Shown here piece by piece: positions 18,166 to 28,261 of a DNA stretch of 56,236 nt. The DNA is from Sedimentisphaerales bacterium (GTDB lineage: Bacteria; Planctomycetota; Phycisphaerae; Sedimentisphaerales; SM23-30): assembly GCA_963663805.2 (NCBI GenBank), contig CAXXMR010000034.1, positions 1 through 56,236 of the forward strand. The letters run 5' to 3'. The first letter of the stretch is position 1. The number at the start of each line of letters is the position of its first letter. The translations under genes were made by a program, and so were the position numbers. Under the pieces are notes generated by a model. That model saw nothing but the letters and a program-made list of their open reading frames with translations, searched no databases and had not been told where the DNA came from.

Positions 18166-21100
18166 ATGCCTAAACGCACTGACATCAAGAAGATACTGAT
18201 TATTGGTTCCGGCCCCATCGTCATCGGCCAGGGTTGCGAGTTCGATTATTCAGGCACCCAGGCCTGCAAAGCACTCCGCGAGGAAGGCTACGAAATCGTA
18301 CTGGTAAACTCCAACCCCGCTACCATCATGACCGACCCCCAGTTCGCCGACCGAACCTATATCGAACCCATAACCCCCGAAGCGGTAGAAAAAATCATCG
18401 CCAAAGAGCGTCCCGACGCCGTCCTGCCCACCCTCGGCGGACAGACAGGACTTAACACCGCCGTCCAGCTCGCCGATGCCGGTGTTTTCGATAAATATAA
18501 CGTCGAGATGATCGGAGCCTCCCGTGCCGTTATTCACAAGGCCGAAGACCGCAAGCTCTTTCGTGACGCCATGGAAGCTATCAACCTCAAAATGCCCAAA
18601 TCCGTTCTGGCCTACAACATGGAAGATGCCTGGAAAGCACTCGAAGAAATCGGACTGCCCGCAATCATCAGGCCCGCCTTCACGCTCGGCGGAACCGGCG
18701 GCGGAATCGCCTACAACAAAAAGGAGTTCGAGGAAATCTGCTCCAGAGGCATCGAATATTCCATGATTAACGAAGTACTCATCGAGCAGTCAGTCATCGG
18801 CTGGAAGGAGTACGAACTAGAAGTCATGCGCGACCGGCTCGACAATGTCGTTATCGTCTGCTCCATCGAAAACTTCGACCCCATGGGCGTCCATACCGGC
18901 GACTCCATTACCGTAGCACCCGCCCAAACCCTAACCGACAAAGAATACCAGCTCATGCGCGATGCCTCACTGGCCATCATCCGCGAGATCGGAGTAGAAA
19001 CCGGCGGCAGTAACATACAGTTCGCCATCAATCCCGAAAACGGAGATATGGTAGTCGTCGAAATGAACCCCCGCGTCTCCCGCAGCTCAGCCCTGGCCAG
19101 TAAAGCCACCGGATTCCCCATCGCCAAAATCGCCGCCAAACTAGCCTGCGGATACACCCTCGACGAAATCCCCAACGACATTACCAAAGAAACCCCCGCC
19201 TGCTTCGAGCCCACCATCGATTATGTCGTAACCAAAATCCCCCGCTGGACCTTCGAAAAATTCCCAGAAGCAGACGAAACCCTCACCACCCAGATGAAAA
19301 GCGTCGGCGAAGCCATGAGTATCGGTCGAACCTTCAAGGAATCCATCCAGAAGGGTATCCGCTCCATGGAAGTCAAACGCTTCGGACTCGGACTCGACCA
19401 CAACGACAAATGGCTCCGGGCCCAAAGAGGCCAGGAAAACCACGATAAACCCGAAGGCAAAGGCGACTCGGCACCACTCCAAACCAGCTTCCCCATCCCC
19501 GAAGACCGACTCACCCGTAAACTCGTCGAACCCTGCCAGGGACGTCTCTATTACATCCGCTACGCCCTCAAAATGGGCTGGACCATCGAACGCATCTGCG
19601 AACTGACCCATATTGACCCATGGTTCATCAGCAACATCAAGGAACTCGTTGACTTCGAAAACGAACTGGCAAGCTACCATAAAATCAAAGACCTGCCCGC
19701 CCAGACACTCGCTCAGGCCAAACAATGGGGCTACAGCAACTACCAGCTCGCCCACCTCTACCACACCACCGAAGATAAAATCCGTCAACGCTGCGACGAA
19801 CTCGACATCCAGGTCACCTACAAACTCGTCGATACCTGCGCCGCCGAATTCGAGGCCTACACCCCCTACTACTATTCAACCCACGAAACACCCTTCACCG
19901 TAATAGACAGCAAAGGCCGGGCAAAAAAAGTCTCCGACGAAGAAATCCGCGTAACCGATAAAAAGAAAATCATGATTCTCGGCGGCGGCCCTAACCGTAT
20001 CGGCCAGGGTATCGAATTCGACTATTGCTGCGTGCACGCCGCCTTCGCCGCCCGCGAAATGGGCTTCGAAGCAATTATGGTAAACTCCAATCCCGAAACC
20101 GTCAGTACCGACTACGACACCTCAGACATGCTCTTCTTCGAACCCCTCACCCACGAGGACGTACTTAACATCTGCAAAAAACTCGGCGATAAACTCTTCG
20201 GAGTTATCGTCCAGTTCGGCGGACAGACCCCACTTAACCTCGCCAAAGGACTCCAGGACGCCGGCGTCCCCATTATCGGCACATCCGTCGAAAGCATCGA
20301 CCTCGCCGAAGACCGTGAATGCTTCCAGAAGCTGCTCGAAAAACTTAACCTCCGCCAACCACCCAACGGAATCGCCACCACCGTGAAAGGTGCCCGCGAA
20401 ATCGCCGAAAGAATCGGCTACCCAGTACTCGTCCGCCCCAGTTATGTCCTCGGCGGACGGGCCATGGAAATCGTCGCCGACGAAAACCAACTCGACCACT
20501 ACATGGCCAACGCCGTAGATGCCTCAACCGTAGGACGTGACCACCCCGTACTCGTCGATAAATTCCTCGATATGGCCATCGAAGTCGATGCCGACGCTAT
20601 CTCCGACGGCAAAGATGTACTCGTCTGCGGTATCATGGAGCATATTGAACAAGCCGGCATACACAGCGGAGACTCAGCCTGCACCCTGCCCCCCTACTCG
20701 CTCAGCCCCAAGCTCATCGACGAAATCCGCGAACAAACCATCAAGCTCGCCCAGGGACTAAACGTCCGCGGACTCATGAATGTACAGTACGCCATCAAGG
20801 ACGAACTCGTTTACGTTCTCGAAGTCAACCCCCGCGCCTCGCGTACCGTACCCTTCGTCAGCAAAGCAACCGGCATACAATGGGCCAAGCTTGCCGCCAA
20901 GGTAATGGCCGGCATGACCCTCGCCCAACTCGGTGCCAAAGAAGCACTAACCCCCAAATATACTTCCGTCAAGGAAAGCGTCTTCCCCTTCACCAAATTC
21001 CCCGGCGTGGACGTAATCCTCGGACCCGAAATGCGCAGCACCGGAGAAGTCATGGGCATCGACGAAACCTTCCCTCTCGCCTTCGCCAAAAGCCAAATGG

Positions 21101-21522
21101 CCGCCGGCTCGCCCCTGCCCCTCGAAGGAAACGTTTTCCTCTCCGCTAGAAAAGAAGACCAGGAAGCTGCCGTTGAGGTGGGACGCGGACTCGTCGAATG
21201 CGGATTCAAACTCCTTTGCAGTCCCGGCACCGGAAAAATCCTCGCCGAAAACGGCATCCCCAACACCATCATGAAGAAAATCATGGAAGGTCGACCCAAC
21301 ATCACCGACTACATCCAGAATAAAGATGTCGCCCTGGTAATAAACACCCCCACCCGCAAAGGACTAGCCACCGACGAAGGTAAAATCCGGGCCTCTACCG
21401 TAATGCACCAGATACCAACCATCACCACCATGACCGGCGGAGCAGCAGCCGTTAGAGCAATCAAAGCCCTCCAGCAAGGAGACTGGCAGGTAAAAGCCCT
21501 CCAGGACTACTACACAATCTAA
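18166..21522 (+). CDS. carB: Carbamoyl-phosphate synthase large subunit
   Basis: [34 protein letters not shown], duplicated ATP-grasp halves, C-terminal MGS domain. Confidence 0.99.
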   Translation: MPKRTDIKKILIIGSGPIVIGQGCEFDYSGTQACKALREEGYEIVLVNSNPATIMTDPQFADRTYIEPITPEAVEKIIAKERPDAVLPTLGGQTGLNTAVQLADAGVFDKYNVEMIGASRAVIHKAEDRKLFRDAMEAINLKMPKSVLAYNMEDAWKALEEIGLPAIIRPAFTLGGTGGGIAYNKKEFEEICSRGIEYSMINEVLIEQSVIGWKEYELEVMRDRLDNVVIVCSIENFDPMGVHTGDSITVAPAQTLTDKEYQLMRDASLAIIREIGVETGGSNIQFAINPENGDMVVVEMNPRVSRSSALASKATGFPIAKIAAKLACGYTLDEIPNDITKETPACFEPTIDYVVTKIPRWTFEKFPEADETLTTQMKSVGEAMSIGRTFKESIQKGIRSMEVKRFGLGLDHNDKWLRAQRGQENHDKPEGKGDSAPLQTSFPIPEDRLTRKLVEPCQGRLYYIRYALKMGWTIERICELTHIDPWFISNIKELVDFENELASYHKIKDLPAQTLAQAKQWGYSNYQLAHLYHTTEDKIRQRCDELDIQVTYKLVDTCAAEFEAYTPYYYSTHETPFTVIDSKGRAKKVSDEEIRVTDKKKIMILGGGPNRIGQGIEFDYCCVHAAFAAREMGFEAIMVNSNPETVSTDYDTSDMLFFEPLTHEDVLNICKKLGDKLFGVIVQFGGQTPLNLAKGLQDAGVPIIGTSVESIDLAEDRECFQKLLEKLNLRQPPNGIATTVKGAREIAERIGYPVLVRPSYVLGGRAMEIVADENQLDHYMANAVDASTVGRDHPVLVDKFLDMAIEVDADAISDGKDVLVCGIMEHIEQAGIHSGDSACTLPPYSLSPKLIDEIREQTIKLAQGLNVRGLMNVQYAIKDELVYVLEVNPRASRTVPFVSKATGIQWAKLAAKVMAGMTLAQLGAKEALTPKYTSVKESVFPFTKFPGVDVILGPEMRSTGEVMGIDETFPLAFAKSQMAAGSPLPLEGNVFLSARKEDQEAAVEVGRGLVECGFKLLCSPGTGKILAENGIPNTIMKKIMEGRPNITDYIQNKDVALVINTPTRKGLATDEGKIRASTVMHQIPTITTMTGGAAAVRAIKALQQGDWQVKALQDYYTI

Positions 21523-21651
21523 TAAAAATACTTCTATCAGAGCCGCGCACGTAAGTAAGACGTGCCATTGACGTTGTTTGAAATTTTAATATTTTTCCAT
21601 TTCGCCATTATTTAGGATTTCTAGTTTGCCTGACCAATAGGGGACAGGAAA

Positions 21652-22557
21652 ATGCTGCTGCCATACAAAGTCGATGTGCCCACCGAAAGATGGGCCCTGA
21701 GCAACTGGCTCATAATTATCTTGGCGACCGGCGCGTTCCTGCTCCAGGCAACCGCCGAATATACCTACCTCAAACCGTTCATACTCAGCGGCTGGTCCCT
21801 CAAGGGCATGATAGGCCACATCTGGCTCCACGCCGACTTCCCCCACCTCTTCGGCAACATGCTCTTCCTTTGGGTCTTCGGCAACGCCGTCTGTGCCAAA
21901 ATCGGCAACCTCACCTACATCCCCGCCTACATAGGGCTCGGACTCATCGCCGCCGCCCTCCACAACCTCGCCGGCGGCGGAGATGTAATCGGGGCCAGCG
22001 GAGCCATCAACGGAGTCGTCGGCATGTACCTGGTTTTTTATCCCCGCAACGACATCTCTGTATTATTTTTCATGATACCAATCATCCGCACCTTCAGCAT
22101 ATCAAGTTTCTGGATAATCATAATGTGGTTCATCTTCGACATCTGGGGCGCCCTCAAATCAGGCGACAACGTTGCCCACTTCGCCCACCTCGGCGGATTT
22201 GCCGGCGGATTCACTCTGGCCGTCCTGCTCTTGCGGTTCGACATGGTCCGCATGAACAACCTGGAAGAATCACTGCTGGACATCTTCCACCTAAACCGCA
22301 AACAACGCACCGAAAAGAAAAAATCCGTCGAAAACGAACCTGACGACTCTAATCAGGGCTGGACCCATATCCCTCTGCCCAAAGAAATCAACATGGGCTT
22401 AGAAACCATCGCCCCTCAAACCACCAAAAAACAGGAAACCATCCGCTTCGCCTGCACCTGCGGAAAAACCATGCGTATCGCCCAAACCCACGCCGGCAAA
22501 AAAGGCAAATGCCCCAACTGCGGAAAAACCCTAACCATCCCCACCACCAGCATCTAA
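21652..22557 (+). CDS. Rhomboid intramembrane serine protease with C-terminal zinc ribbon
   Basis: HLFGNM, GASGA (catalytic Ser), AHFAHLGG (catalytic His); tail CTCGK...CPNCG. Confidence 0.92.
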   Translation: MLLPYKVDVPTERWALSNWLIIILATGAFLLQATAEYTYLKPFILSGWSLKGMIGHIWLHADFPHLFGNMLFLWVFGNAVCAKIGNLTYIPAYIGLGLIAAALHNLAGGGDVIGASGAINGVVGMYLVFYPRNDISVLFFMIPIIRTFSISSFWIIIMWFIFDIWGALKSGDNVAHFAHLGGFAGGFTLAVLLLRFDMVRMNNLEESLLDIFHLNRKQRTEKKKSVENEPDDSNQGWTHIPLPKEINMGLETIAPQTTKKQETIRFACTCGKTMRIAQTHAGKKGKCPNCGKTLTIPTTSI

Positions 22558-22579
22558 AAAAATCCTGTAAATCCGATGT

Positions 22580-23399
22580 GTAACATTTTAGCCAAGTGAA
22601 GCAAATTCTATAGCTTTCGGGTTGGCTTGTGCAAAAAAAAGACAAAAAAACTTCAAAATATTAAGATAGGCGATTTGCGCTATTGTGTGTAATGGTTTAT
22701 AGTATCGGCATGATGAAGCCGAATGCTGAACAGACTATCGCCGACCTGGCCTTAGAGCAGGAATTGACTGCGGAACAGGCCAAAGCTATTTTTGCTCAGG
22801 GTGAAGAGGCGGTGGTTTTTGTTTTGCTGAGACTGTCGAAACTGGCAGCGGAAAAAACACAAGGTACGTTAGTTGCCGGCAGTCCGGCTGATCCTTCGTG
22901 TCCCTCAGGTCAGAAGCCGATTTTTGTCAAGCCGAACAAAACAGATAAAAAACGCGGCAAAAAGTTTGGCCGTAAAAAAGGGCATCAAGGTACTCGCCGC
23001 AATCTGCCGACCCAAATAGACCGCACCGAAGAACATCGCGCTTCATGTTGTCCGGACTGCGGCGGCGAACTAAAAAAATGTTCCGGCACACGTGAATGAG
23101 TCATCGAAGACATTCCGAAAGATGTTCGCGTTGAGACGGTGAAGCATGTTATTCATCGCGACTGGTGTCCGAACTGTCGCAAGGCGGTTGAGCCGATCGT
23201 AACCGATGAGTGGTCGAACAAGGAAGCTCAGCGGTTGATTAAGCGTTTGAAACGCCATCATGATGAGCGTGTTTTCTACCCTGAAACAACGCGGCCTAAA
23301 CCCGGTTGCTACCATCAAAAAAGCCCTGCCAACATACATCAAAACCGGCAAATTGCCAAAACTCGCGGAGTTCTCTGCTTCACTTGGCTAAAGTGTTAC
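22580..23399 (+). mobile_element. Internally deleted IS66-family element, 820 bp
   Basis: GTAA...TTAC ends, 24-bp IRs matching 23/24; flanks TCCGATGT and AAAAATGA differ (no TSD). Confidence 0.88.
22710..23270 (+). pseudogene. IS66 transposase (TnpC-like) remnant
   Basis: PSCPSG, GRKKGHQG, CPDCGGEL, in-frame TGA 23097-23099, IEDIP...WCPNC, then a jump to a C-terminal piece (AQRLIKRLKRH); DDE core absent. Confidence 0.85.
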
Positions 23400-23421
23400 A
23401 AAAATGATAAGTTGATTCTGA

Positions 23422-23685
23422 TACTGCCGCCGGGACCATACCCCGCCCACCAAACATGTCCGATGGCAGGATAAACTTTATCATCCGCGCAGTTTAACCG
23501 TGGACAAGCCTTATTCTTATCGGTTGCGGAAGGCGGTTGAAGAGGGCGACGCAGAGATTATTAACGGGAAACCCAAATCTTTATTCGCATACGAAATCAA
23601 GAGGAACAAATGATAGATAAGACCTCAATATTCCCTCTGCTGCTCATATTTTTAGACCTGGCGACCTCGGTGTGGTGACTTTTTA
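23422..23685 (+). pseudogene. Fragments of two phage-like genes
   Basis: Start-less frame 23422-23613 (..PTKHVRWQDKLYHPRSL...KPKSLFAYEI) overlapping by ATGA a short hydrophobic stub (MIDKTSIFPLLLIFLDLA...VVTF). Resemblance to phage genes is from recall only. Confidence 0.3.
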
Positions 23686-23687
23686 AC

Positions 23688-24107
23688 TTATTGGGAGCTG
23701 CAAATGCTGAGAAATTCTTCGGGAGACAATACGGGTATGTCGGAAGCTTTAAAATCTTTTGCGTTACGCGTGATGATATAGTCGGCCTGAACGCGAACCG
23801 AGCAGAAATATTGAATTGCGTCTTCGAAGTCTCGGAATTTGGAGTCGATGGCCATGTTGATTATGTTCTGGTCGAGCTCAACTGTGGAAAACATATCTCG
23901 CATAATAACCAGAGCTTTTCTGGCCACCACCTGTCCCTGAGTTCTCTTGAGAACATAGTAAATATTGTTGTAACTGATAGCAGAGATGAAACCTTTAATC
24001 TGGCCGCGTTCGGCCAGAGTCCAAACTGCCGCACTGGAGGCGTAATATGGTTTTCGCTCAGTCAGGACATCCAGCAGGATATTGGTATCGATGAGTATAT
24101 TAATCAT
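23688..24107 (-). CDS. PIN-domain (VapC-like) toxin
   Basis: ILIDTNILLD, DFEDAIQ, IITRNAKDF, VLSPEEF. Confidence 0.93.
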   Translation of the reverse strand: MINILIDTNILLDVLTERKPYYASSAAVWTLAERGQIKGFISAISYNNIYYVLKRTQGQVVARKALVIMRDMFSTVELDQNIINMAIDSKFRDFEDAIQYFCSVRVQADYIITRNAKDFKASDIPVLSPEEFLSICSSQ

Positions 24108-24346
24108 AGCCCGTATTTATCCAGCAAGGCGTCAGTGACCAGGTCTTTGTAGTTCTGGTTTGAATCCAGTTTGGCGATCCCGGAGGCCTTTTTAGTGAGC
24201 GGACCGATTTTGGGCAGCCGGGACTCATCAGTCAATGACTGTAGGAATTTGCCTACCATGGCGGAAATGGAGGTGTTGTTTTGGGCGGCCTTTTGTTTGG
24301 CCGAGTCTATCAACTGTTCGTCAATGCTTAAGGTTAATTTTGCCAT
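24104..24346 (-). CDS. Antitoxin (DUF6364 / RHH-like)
   Basis: MAKLTLSIDEQLIDSAKQKA...SISAMV; 4-bp overlap with the PIN gene. Confidence 0.85.
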   Translation of the reverse strand: MAKLTLSIDEQLIDSAKQKAAQNNTSISAMVGKFLQSLTDESRLPKIGPLTKKASGIAKLDSNQNYKDLVTDALLDKYGL

Positions 24347-24357
24347 AAACGTCTCCT

Positions 24358-24407
24358 GTATACGTATTGTCTTCGTACAGTATACGTATCGGATGATTTT
24401 TTGTCAA
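24358..24407 (-). promoter_or_regulatory. TA promoter with two operator palindromes
   Basis: TTGACA (24407-24402), 17 bp, TATACT (24384-24379); GTATACGTAT at 24358-24367 and 24380-24389, each containing the palindrome ATACGTAT. Confidence 0.75.
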
Positions 24408-24436
24408 ACTTTAAAGAGATTTTTGAGATAAACCCA

Positions 24437-24661
24437 ATGATATTAAGACGTTACCAAAAAGAAGCCGTGGATGCTGTTTATCAGCATCTACGGCAGCGGG
24501 ATGACAATCCTTGTGTGGTACTGCCTACCGGCTGCCACGCTATTGACCATCCTATTTTAGTGTATGACGGCACTATACGTAAAGTGCAAGACATTCGAGT
24601 TGGCGATCTGATTATGGGAGCTCCAATGATTCTGGCGAACTTTGTCGCCAGTATGATTTAA
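24437..24661 (+). pseudogene. Truncated SF2 (DEAD/DEAH-type) helicase with the N-terminal part of an intein
   Basis: Q-motif LRRYQKEAV, Walker A start VLPTG, then intein block A CHAIDHPILVYDGTIRKVQDIRVGDLIMG; similarity stops near 24620. Confidence 0.8.
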
Positions 24662-24664
24662 CGG

Positions 24665-24696
24665 AAACGCCCGGATATGAAAATAGCCGGGCGTTT
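24665..24696. terminator. GC-rich hairpin, possible intrinsic terminator
   Basis: AAACGCCCGG-loop-CCGGGCGTTT(T) directly after the helicase-fragment stop. Confidence 0.4.
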
Positions 24697-24768
24697 TCAT
24701 AACCTATTGGTATCAAAGAGTTACGACGATTTTTCGATTTTGCCCGCGATCTCTGTTTCGAAAAGTGC

Positions 24769-24818
24769 TTTCCGGGGTCCGAACACAACCATATACGTTA
24801 TGCCTCGGAGCCCAGAAA
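24769..24818. repeat. 50-bp imperfect inverted repeat, candidate serine-recombinase att site
   Basis: TTTCCGGGGTCCGAACACAAC-CATATAC-GTTATGCCTCGGAGCCCAGAAA; arms match about 17/22. Confidence 0.45.
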
Positions 24819-25140
24819 ATCTCTCCCAAACTCTCGAAAATTCTCTTTAACAGGCTCTCGGCGGTTAACAGGCGCGCATGCTTTGGGGCCTGGGGTGATT
24901 TCGAACTTTAGTCTCTCATGAGTTAAAAGTTACGCACGGCGCGCAAAATATTTTTATGAGTGGTTATATCTATATGTATTTACAATAGGTTACAACGGTT
25001 TTTTGAAAATTCAGCTTTTTGGTTCCGGCTTGTCCGGGTTAGGCCGTACGTAAGCAAACACCAGAATATTAAGCGATAGCATAAAAAATCAGTTTTTGGG
25101 ACTTATGACGTAGCTGTCAATTTTTGAGGTGATAATTATT

Positions 25141-25169
25141 TTGCACAAGTCAACTGAAATCCATACAAT
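25141..25169 (+). promoter_or_regulatory. Sigma70-like promoter of the lipoprotein operon
   Basis: TTGCAC, 17 bp, TACAAT; AGGAG before the GTG start. Confidence 0.55.
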
Positions 25170-25223
25170 GTACTTCTGTTTCTTAAATGTTATAAGTTAG
25201 GTAAAGTATAGGAGATATGTTTC

Positions 25224-27041
25224 GTGACAGCATGTAAATCGCATTATCGTAATTGTCTATGGGTCGCAATGGCTGGTTTTATGTTGTTGGCAGGCTGTGC
25301 TTTGCCCCCTCAGGTCAAAATGGCTCAGGAGATGGAGACACTGGGGAAAAACCGTGAAGCTGTAGATAATTATCGTTCGGCTTTGGCAGCAATGCCCGAA
25401 TCTCAGAAGCAGGACATTCAGGACAGCATTAACCGGCTCTTGAGCAAAATTACCAGTGAGGTCCTGGACAAGGCAGAAATGGCTTTGGGGGATGGTCAGT
25501 CTTTGGCTCTGTATGAGTTTGCCTTAAAGATTCTCCAAGCTGATATCAATTATGATGATGCCCAGGGCAGACTGGCTGCTGCAGTGAAGAAATATGAGGC
25601 GGGTCAAGCTTCTCTGGAAAGCAAACGCCAGATGCTGCGCAGCCAGGCTCAGGAGCAGATCGACGCTGGCAAGTGGGCAGATGCCCTGAGCAGTATTCAG
25701 GCTGCCAAAGCAATTGCTGACAAAGACGATATCGCGGCCATGAAAAACGCTGCAATCAAGGTTCGTAATGCGGCATACAGCAGAGATATTAAAAACGCCT
25801 GTCAGCAAGAAGACTGGTCCAAGGCGATGAAACTTCTGGATGAATTTGGTCAGTTGTCGCCGCGTGATTCAGTTTACACTCCACTGGTAGAACTGGTGGA
25901 TAAGACCAAAAGTAATCTGGTCAGTCGCGAGGCCCAGAACCTCATTAGTAAAAACAAATATTTCACAGCTTATACTTTGATTCTGGAATCGGAAGCAAAA
26001 GGTTGCGCTGATATTATGGGTCAGATCAAACGCGACGGGAGTGATTATTACCTTGAACAGGCCCGCAAGGAATATGACGCGGGTCGTTTGTACTACTCTT
26101 ACATCGCGTCTTGCAAGGCTAAGGAATTTGACAGTGTCAGTAATGATGTATTCAAATTTCATCGTGATCGTGAAGACGAAGTTGACAAGAGCATCTCGGT
26201 ACAGGTGGGTATCGCGTCTTTCGGTTCTCCGGTTGATGAACCGGACGCGGGATTGAGTTTTAGCAACGCCCTGATAAGCTATCTGACCAATACGCTGCCT
26301 TATGGTATTTATATTATGGAACGCAGTGAAATTGACCGGGCTCTGGATGAAAAAGGTCGGCAGATGGACCAGGTTGTGAATCTTCTGGGGATTCATCTGG
26401 CAGTGGTGGGAAATGTTTCTGTATTGAATGTAGCGACGGACAAATCAGAACGGGAAATTACCCAGAGAGTCAAGATTGGTACCGAGACAGTCGCGAATCC
26501 GGCATATACTGCTTTTGTCACTCAAAATGGTTCGGACCCGTCGCGGTGGCAGATGTCTCCCCCACCCTCGACACTGGAAGAAGATCGCTTCGAATTGATT
26601 CGCTTCAAACGCGGCAAAGCCCGCATGGATGGTCAGATGGAAGTTTCAGTTCGTATGTTCACGACCAGCAAGGGTGCGATTACCGACTCTGAAACTTTTA
26701 TAATCGAAGATTTTGTCGAAGATGAATTTCAGGACGGTGTGCCCGAAGCAGGTATTAGTGAGGATTCGCTTGATTTGCCTACGGAAATGAATATGCGAAA
26801 GAATCTGCGGGGCAAAGGAGTGGAAGAGGTTGCCATTTGGGTTCTGCGTAATTTTGAGCATCGCGAAGGACGCTACTTTAATATAGCGGAAAATCATCTG
26901 GAACGTCGTGAGGATGATCTTGCGTTACAGGCTTTGTCTCAGGCTTATCTGTATTGCTGCAAAGAGGGTATTGGCCCAGAAGATGATAATAAATGGTATG
27001 ACGATATTTTTCAGAAAGCCTTTTTTGACCTTACTGAGTAA
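25224..27041 (+). CDS. Large lipoprotein: TPR-like helical region plus CsgG-like alpha/beta domain
   Basis: Lipobox LAGC; helical repeats; VGIASF...IMERSEIDRALDE...LLGIHLAVVGNV resembles the CsgG/TolB-N fold. Confidence 0.65.
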   Translation: MTACKSHYRNCLWVAMAGFMLLAGCALPPQVKMAQEMETLGKNREAVDNYRSALAAMPESQKQDIQDSINRLLSKITSEVLDKAEMALGDGQSLALYEFALKILQADINYDDAQGRLAAAVKKYEAGQASLESKRQMLRSQAQEQIDAGKWADALSSIQAAKAIADKDDIAAMKNAAIKVRNAAYSRDIKNACQQEDWSKAMKLLDEFGQLSPRDSVYTPLVELVDKTKSNLVSREAQNLISKNKYFTAYTLILESEAKGCADIMGQIKRDGSDYYLEQARKEYDAGRLYYSYIASCKAKEFDSVSNDVFKFHRDREDEVDKSISVQVGIASFGSPVDEPDAGLSFSNALISYLTNTLPYGIYIMERSEIDRALDEKGRQMDQVVNLLGIHLAVVGNVSVLNVATDKSEREITQRVKIGTETVANPAYTAFVTQNGSDPSRWQMSPPPSTLEEDRFELIRFKRGKARMDGQMEVSVRMFTTSKGAITDSETFIIEDFVEDEFQDGVPEAGISEDSLDLPTEMNMRKNLRGKGVEEVAIWVLRNFEHREGRYFNIAENHLERREDDLALQALSQAYLYCCKEGIGPEDDNKWYDDIFQKAFFDLTE

Positions 27042-27059
27042 AACCCGCGGAGGCATATA

Positions 27060-27566
27060 ATGAATAAACGGTTGACGGCTCTGATTATGATAGGGACTTT
27101 GGTTCTGATTTCCGGTTGTCAGCGTAGCTGGGATCCATCGGACCCCGGGATGCGCGGTGACGGCAGTACGCCCCATCAACTGGGGCATGGCGTGACGATG
27201 TTCGATAAGAACGTACGCAATACTCTAGTTTTCATCAACAAGTCCGCCCGGCGTACTGAGCGGGGGCATTCTCAGGTGCGTGTGCAGATGCAGAATGTTC
27301 GCGATTTGACGCTTTGGGCCGACTATCGTGTGGTTTTCTACGATGCTGATAATATGCAGATTGACGCGACAGAGTGGGCTCCGGCGAGTTTCAAGCCGCG
27401 CGAGGTGGTTCTTCTGCAAGGTGTAAGTTTGCAGAACGATGCTACATGTTACAATGTTCAGTTTCGGAATTTGCGTTCGAAAAGCGGGCGGCCACTGTCA
27501 TCCAAATGGGAAGTCAAAGTACACAGCTTTGAGCTGGACTTTATTCTGGATGCCCTGGCAAATTAG
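27060..27566 (+). CDS. YcfL/DUF1425-like lipoprotein
   Basis: Lipobox ISGC; VRVQMQN...YRVVFYDADNMQID..W. Confidence 0.65.
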   Translation: MNKRLTALIMIGTLVLISGCQRSWDPSDPGMRGDGSTPHQLGHGVTMFDKNVRNTLVFINKSARRTERGHSQVRVQMQNVRDLTLWADYRVVFYDADNMQIDATEWAPASFKPREVVLLQGVSLQNDATCYNVQFRNLRSKSGRPLSSKWEVKVHSFELDFILDALAN

Positions 27567-27583
27567 CAAAATGAGGTGCAAAA

Positions 27584-28261
27584 GTGCTTAGAAAAACTAA
27601 TCTGTTTTTGGCGATGGTGGCGATGATGTGCTTGTTGGGTTGTCGGCCGGCGATTTACCCCAGTTCCGTTAGCAATAATATATCGGATGAGCCGGCGCGG
27701 CAGCAGGGTGTTAGCAAGGAAACTATCGATTATTTTGCCGAGAAATATCCGCCGGACGGCTGGAAGCCCAAGGGCGGTTCTGTGAATCTGGCGGTTGGGC
27801 CGGTGCTTGTGTCTCGTCAGGCAATGCTAATTTTTGACCAGGCGATACCTGGCAAAGTCAAGGCCGAGGTCCAGTCAGGTAACAGTAAAGCGGTTGTCGA
27901 GGTCACAAAAGGTGACGGTGGTATTGCACAATATTATGTCGCTGAAACCAGTGAACAGGCCCAGGCGATGATTATGGAGACGTTGAAGGCCAAAGCTGAT
28001 GTAAAAATATTTACTTTTGAGGACCGCAATGTCGGCACTCTGGTTGAGAGACGGAAATCTTATGACCAGATGCGGCGTGAAGGAGTGGGGTATTTTGTGG
28101 ACGGTAATTTTGGCTCGGCTGACGGCAAAGAGTTGAAGGTCTATCTGCGTATGGCTGATACTGCTACAGGTGAGATCGTCTGTGCTGTTTCAGGTCAGGG
28201 GGCGAATCTGGGTGAGGCTACCGGTATGGCAGCGAATAAACTGGCTGAGCTGATCAAATGA
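27584..28261 (+). CDS. Lipoprotein, CsgG/FlgO-like fold probable
   Basis: Lipobox LLGC; GVGYFVDG...VYLRMADTATGEIV. Confidence 0.55.
   Translation: MLRKTNLFLAMVAMMCLLGCRPAIYPSSVSNNISDEPARQQGVSKETIDYFAEKYPPDGWKPKGGSVNLAVGPVLVSRQAMLIFDQAIPGKVKAEVQSGNSKAVVEVTKGDGGIAQYYVAETSEQAQAMIMETLKAKADVKIFTFEDRNVGTLVERRKSYDQMRREGVGYFVDGNFGSADGKELKVYLRMADTATGEIVCAVSGQGANLGEATGMAANKLAELIK

Noticed and set aside
19381..19950. Two short insertions in CarB and no adjacent carA
   Set aside because: They fall in variable linker regions, and split carA/carB loci are common.
21538..21562. AGAGCCGCGCACGTAAGTAAG after carB, reminiscent of planctomycete REP-like repeats
   Set aside because: Single, apparently truncated copy; cannot be supported from this window.
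24781..24808. Possible dif site (contains TTATG)
   Set aside because: Spacing between arms does not fit the 11-6-11 XerCD layout; treated as att-like instead.
25016..25044. TTTTTGGTTCCGGCTTGTCCGGGTTAGG, possibly an orphan IS end
   Set aside because: No partner repeat or transposase in the window.
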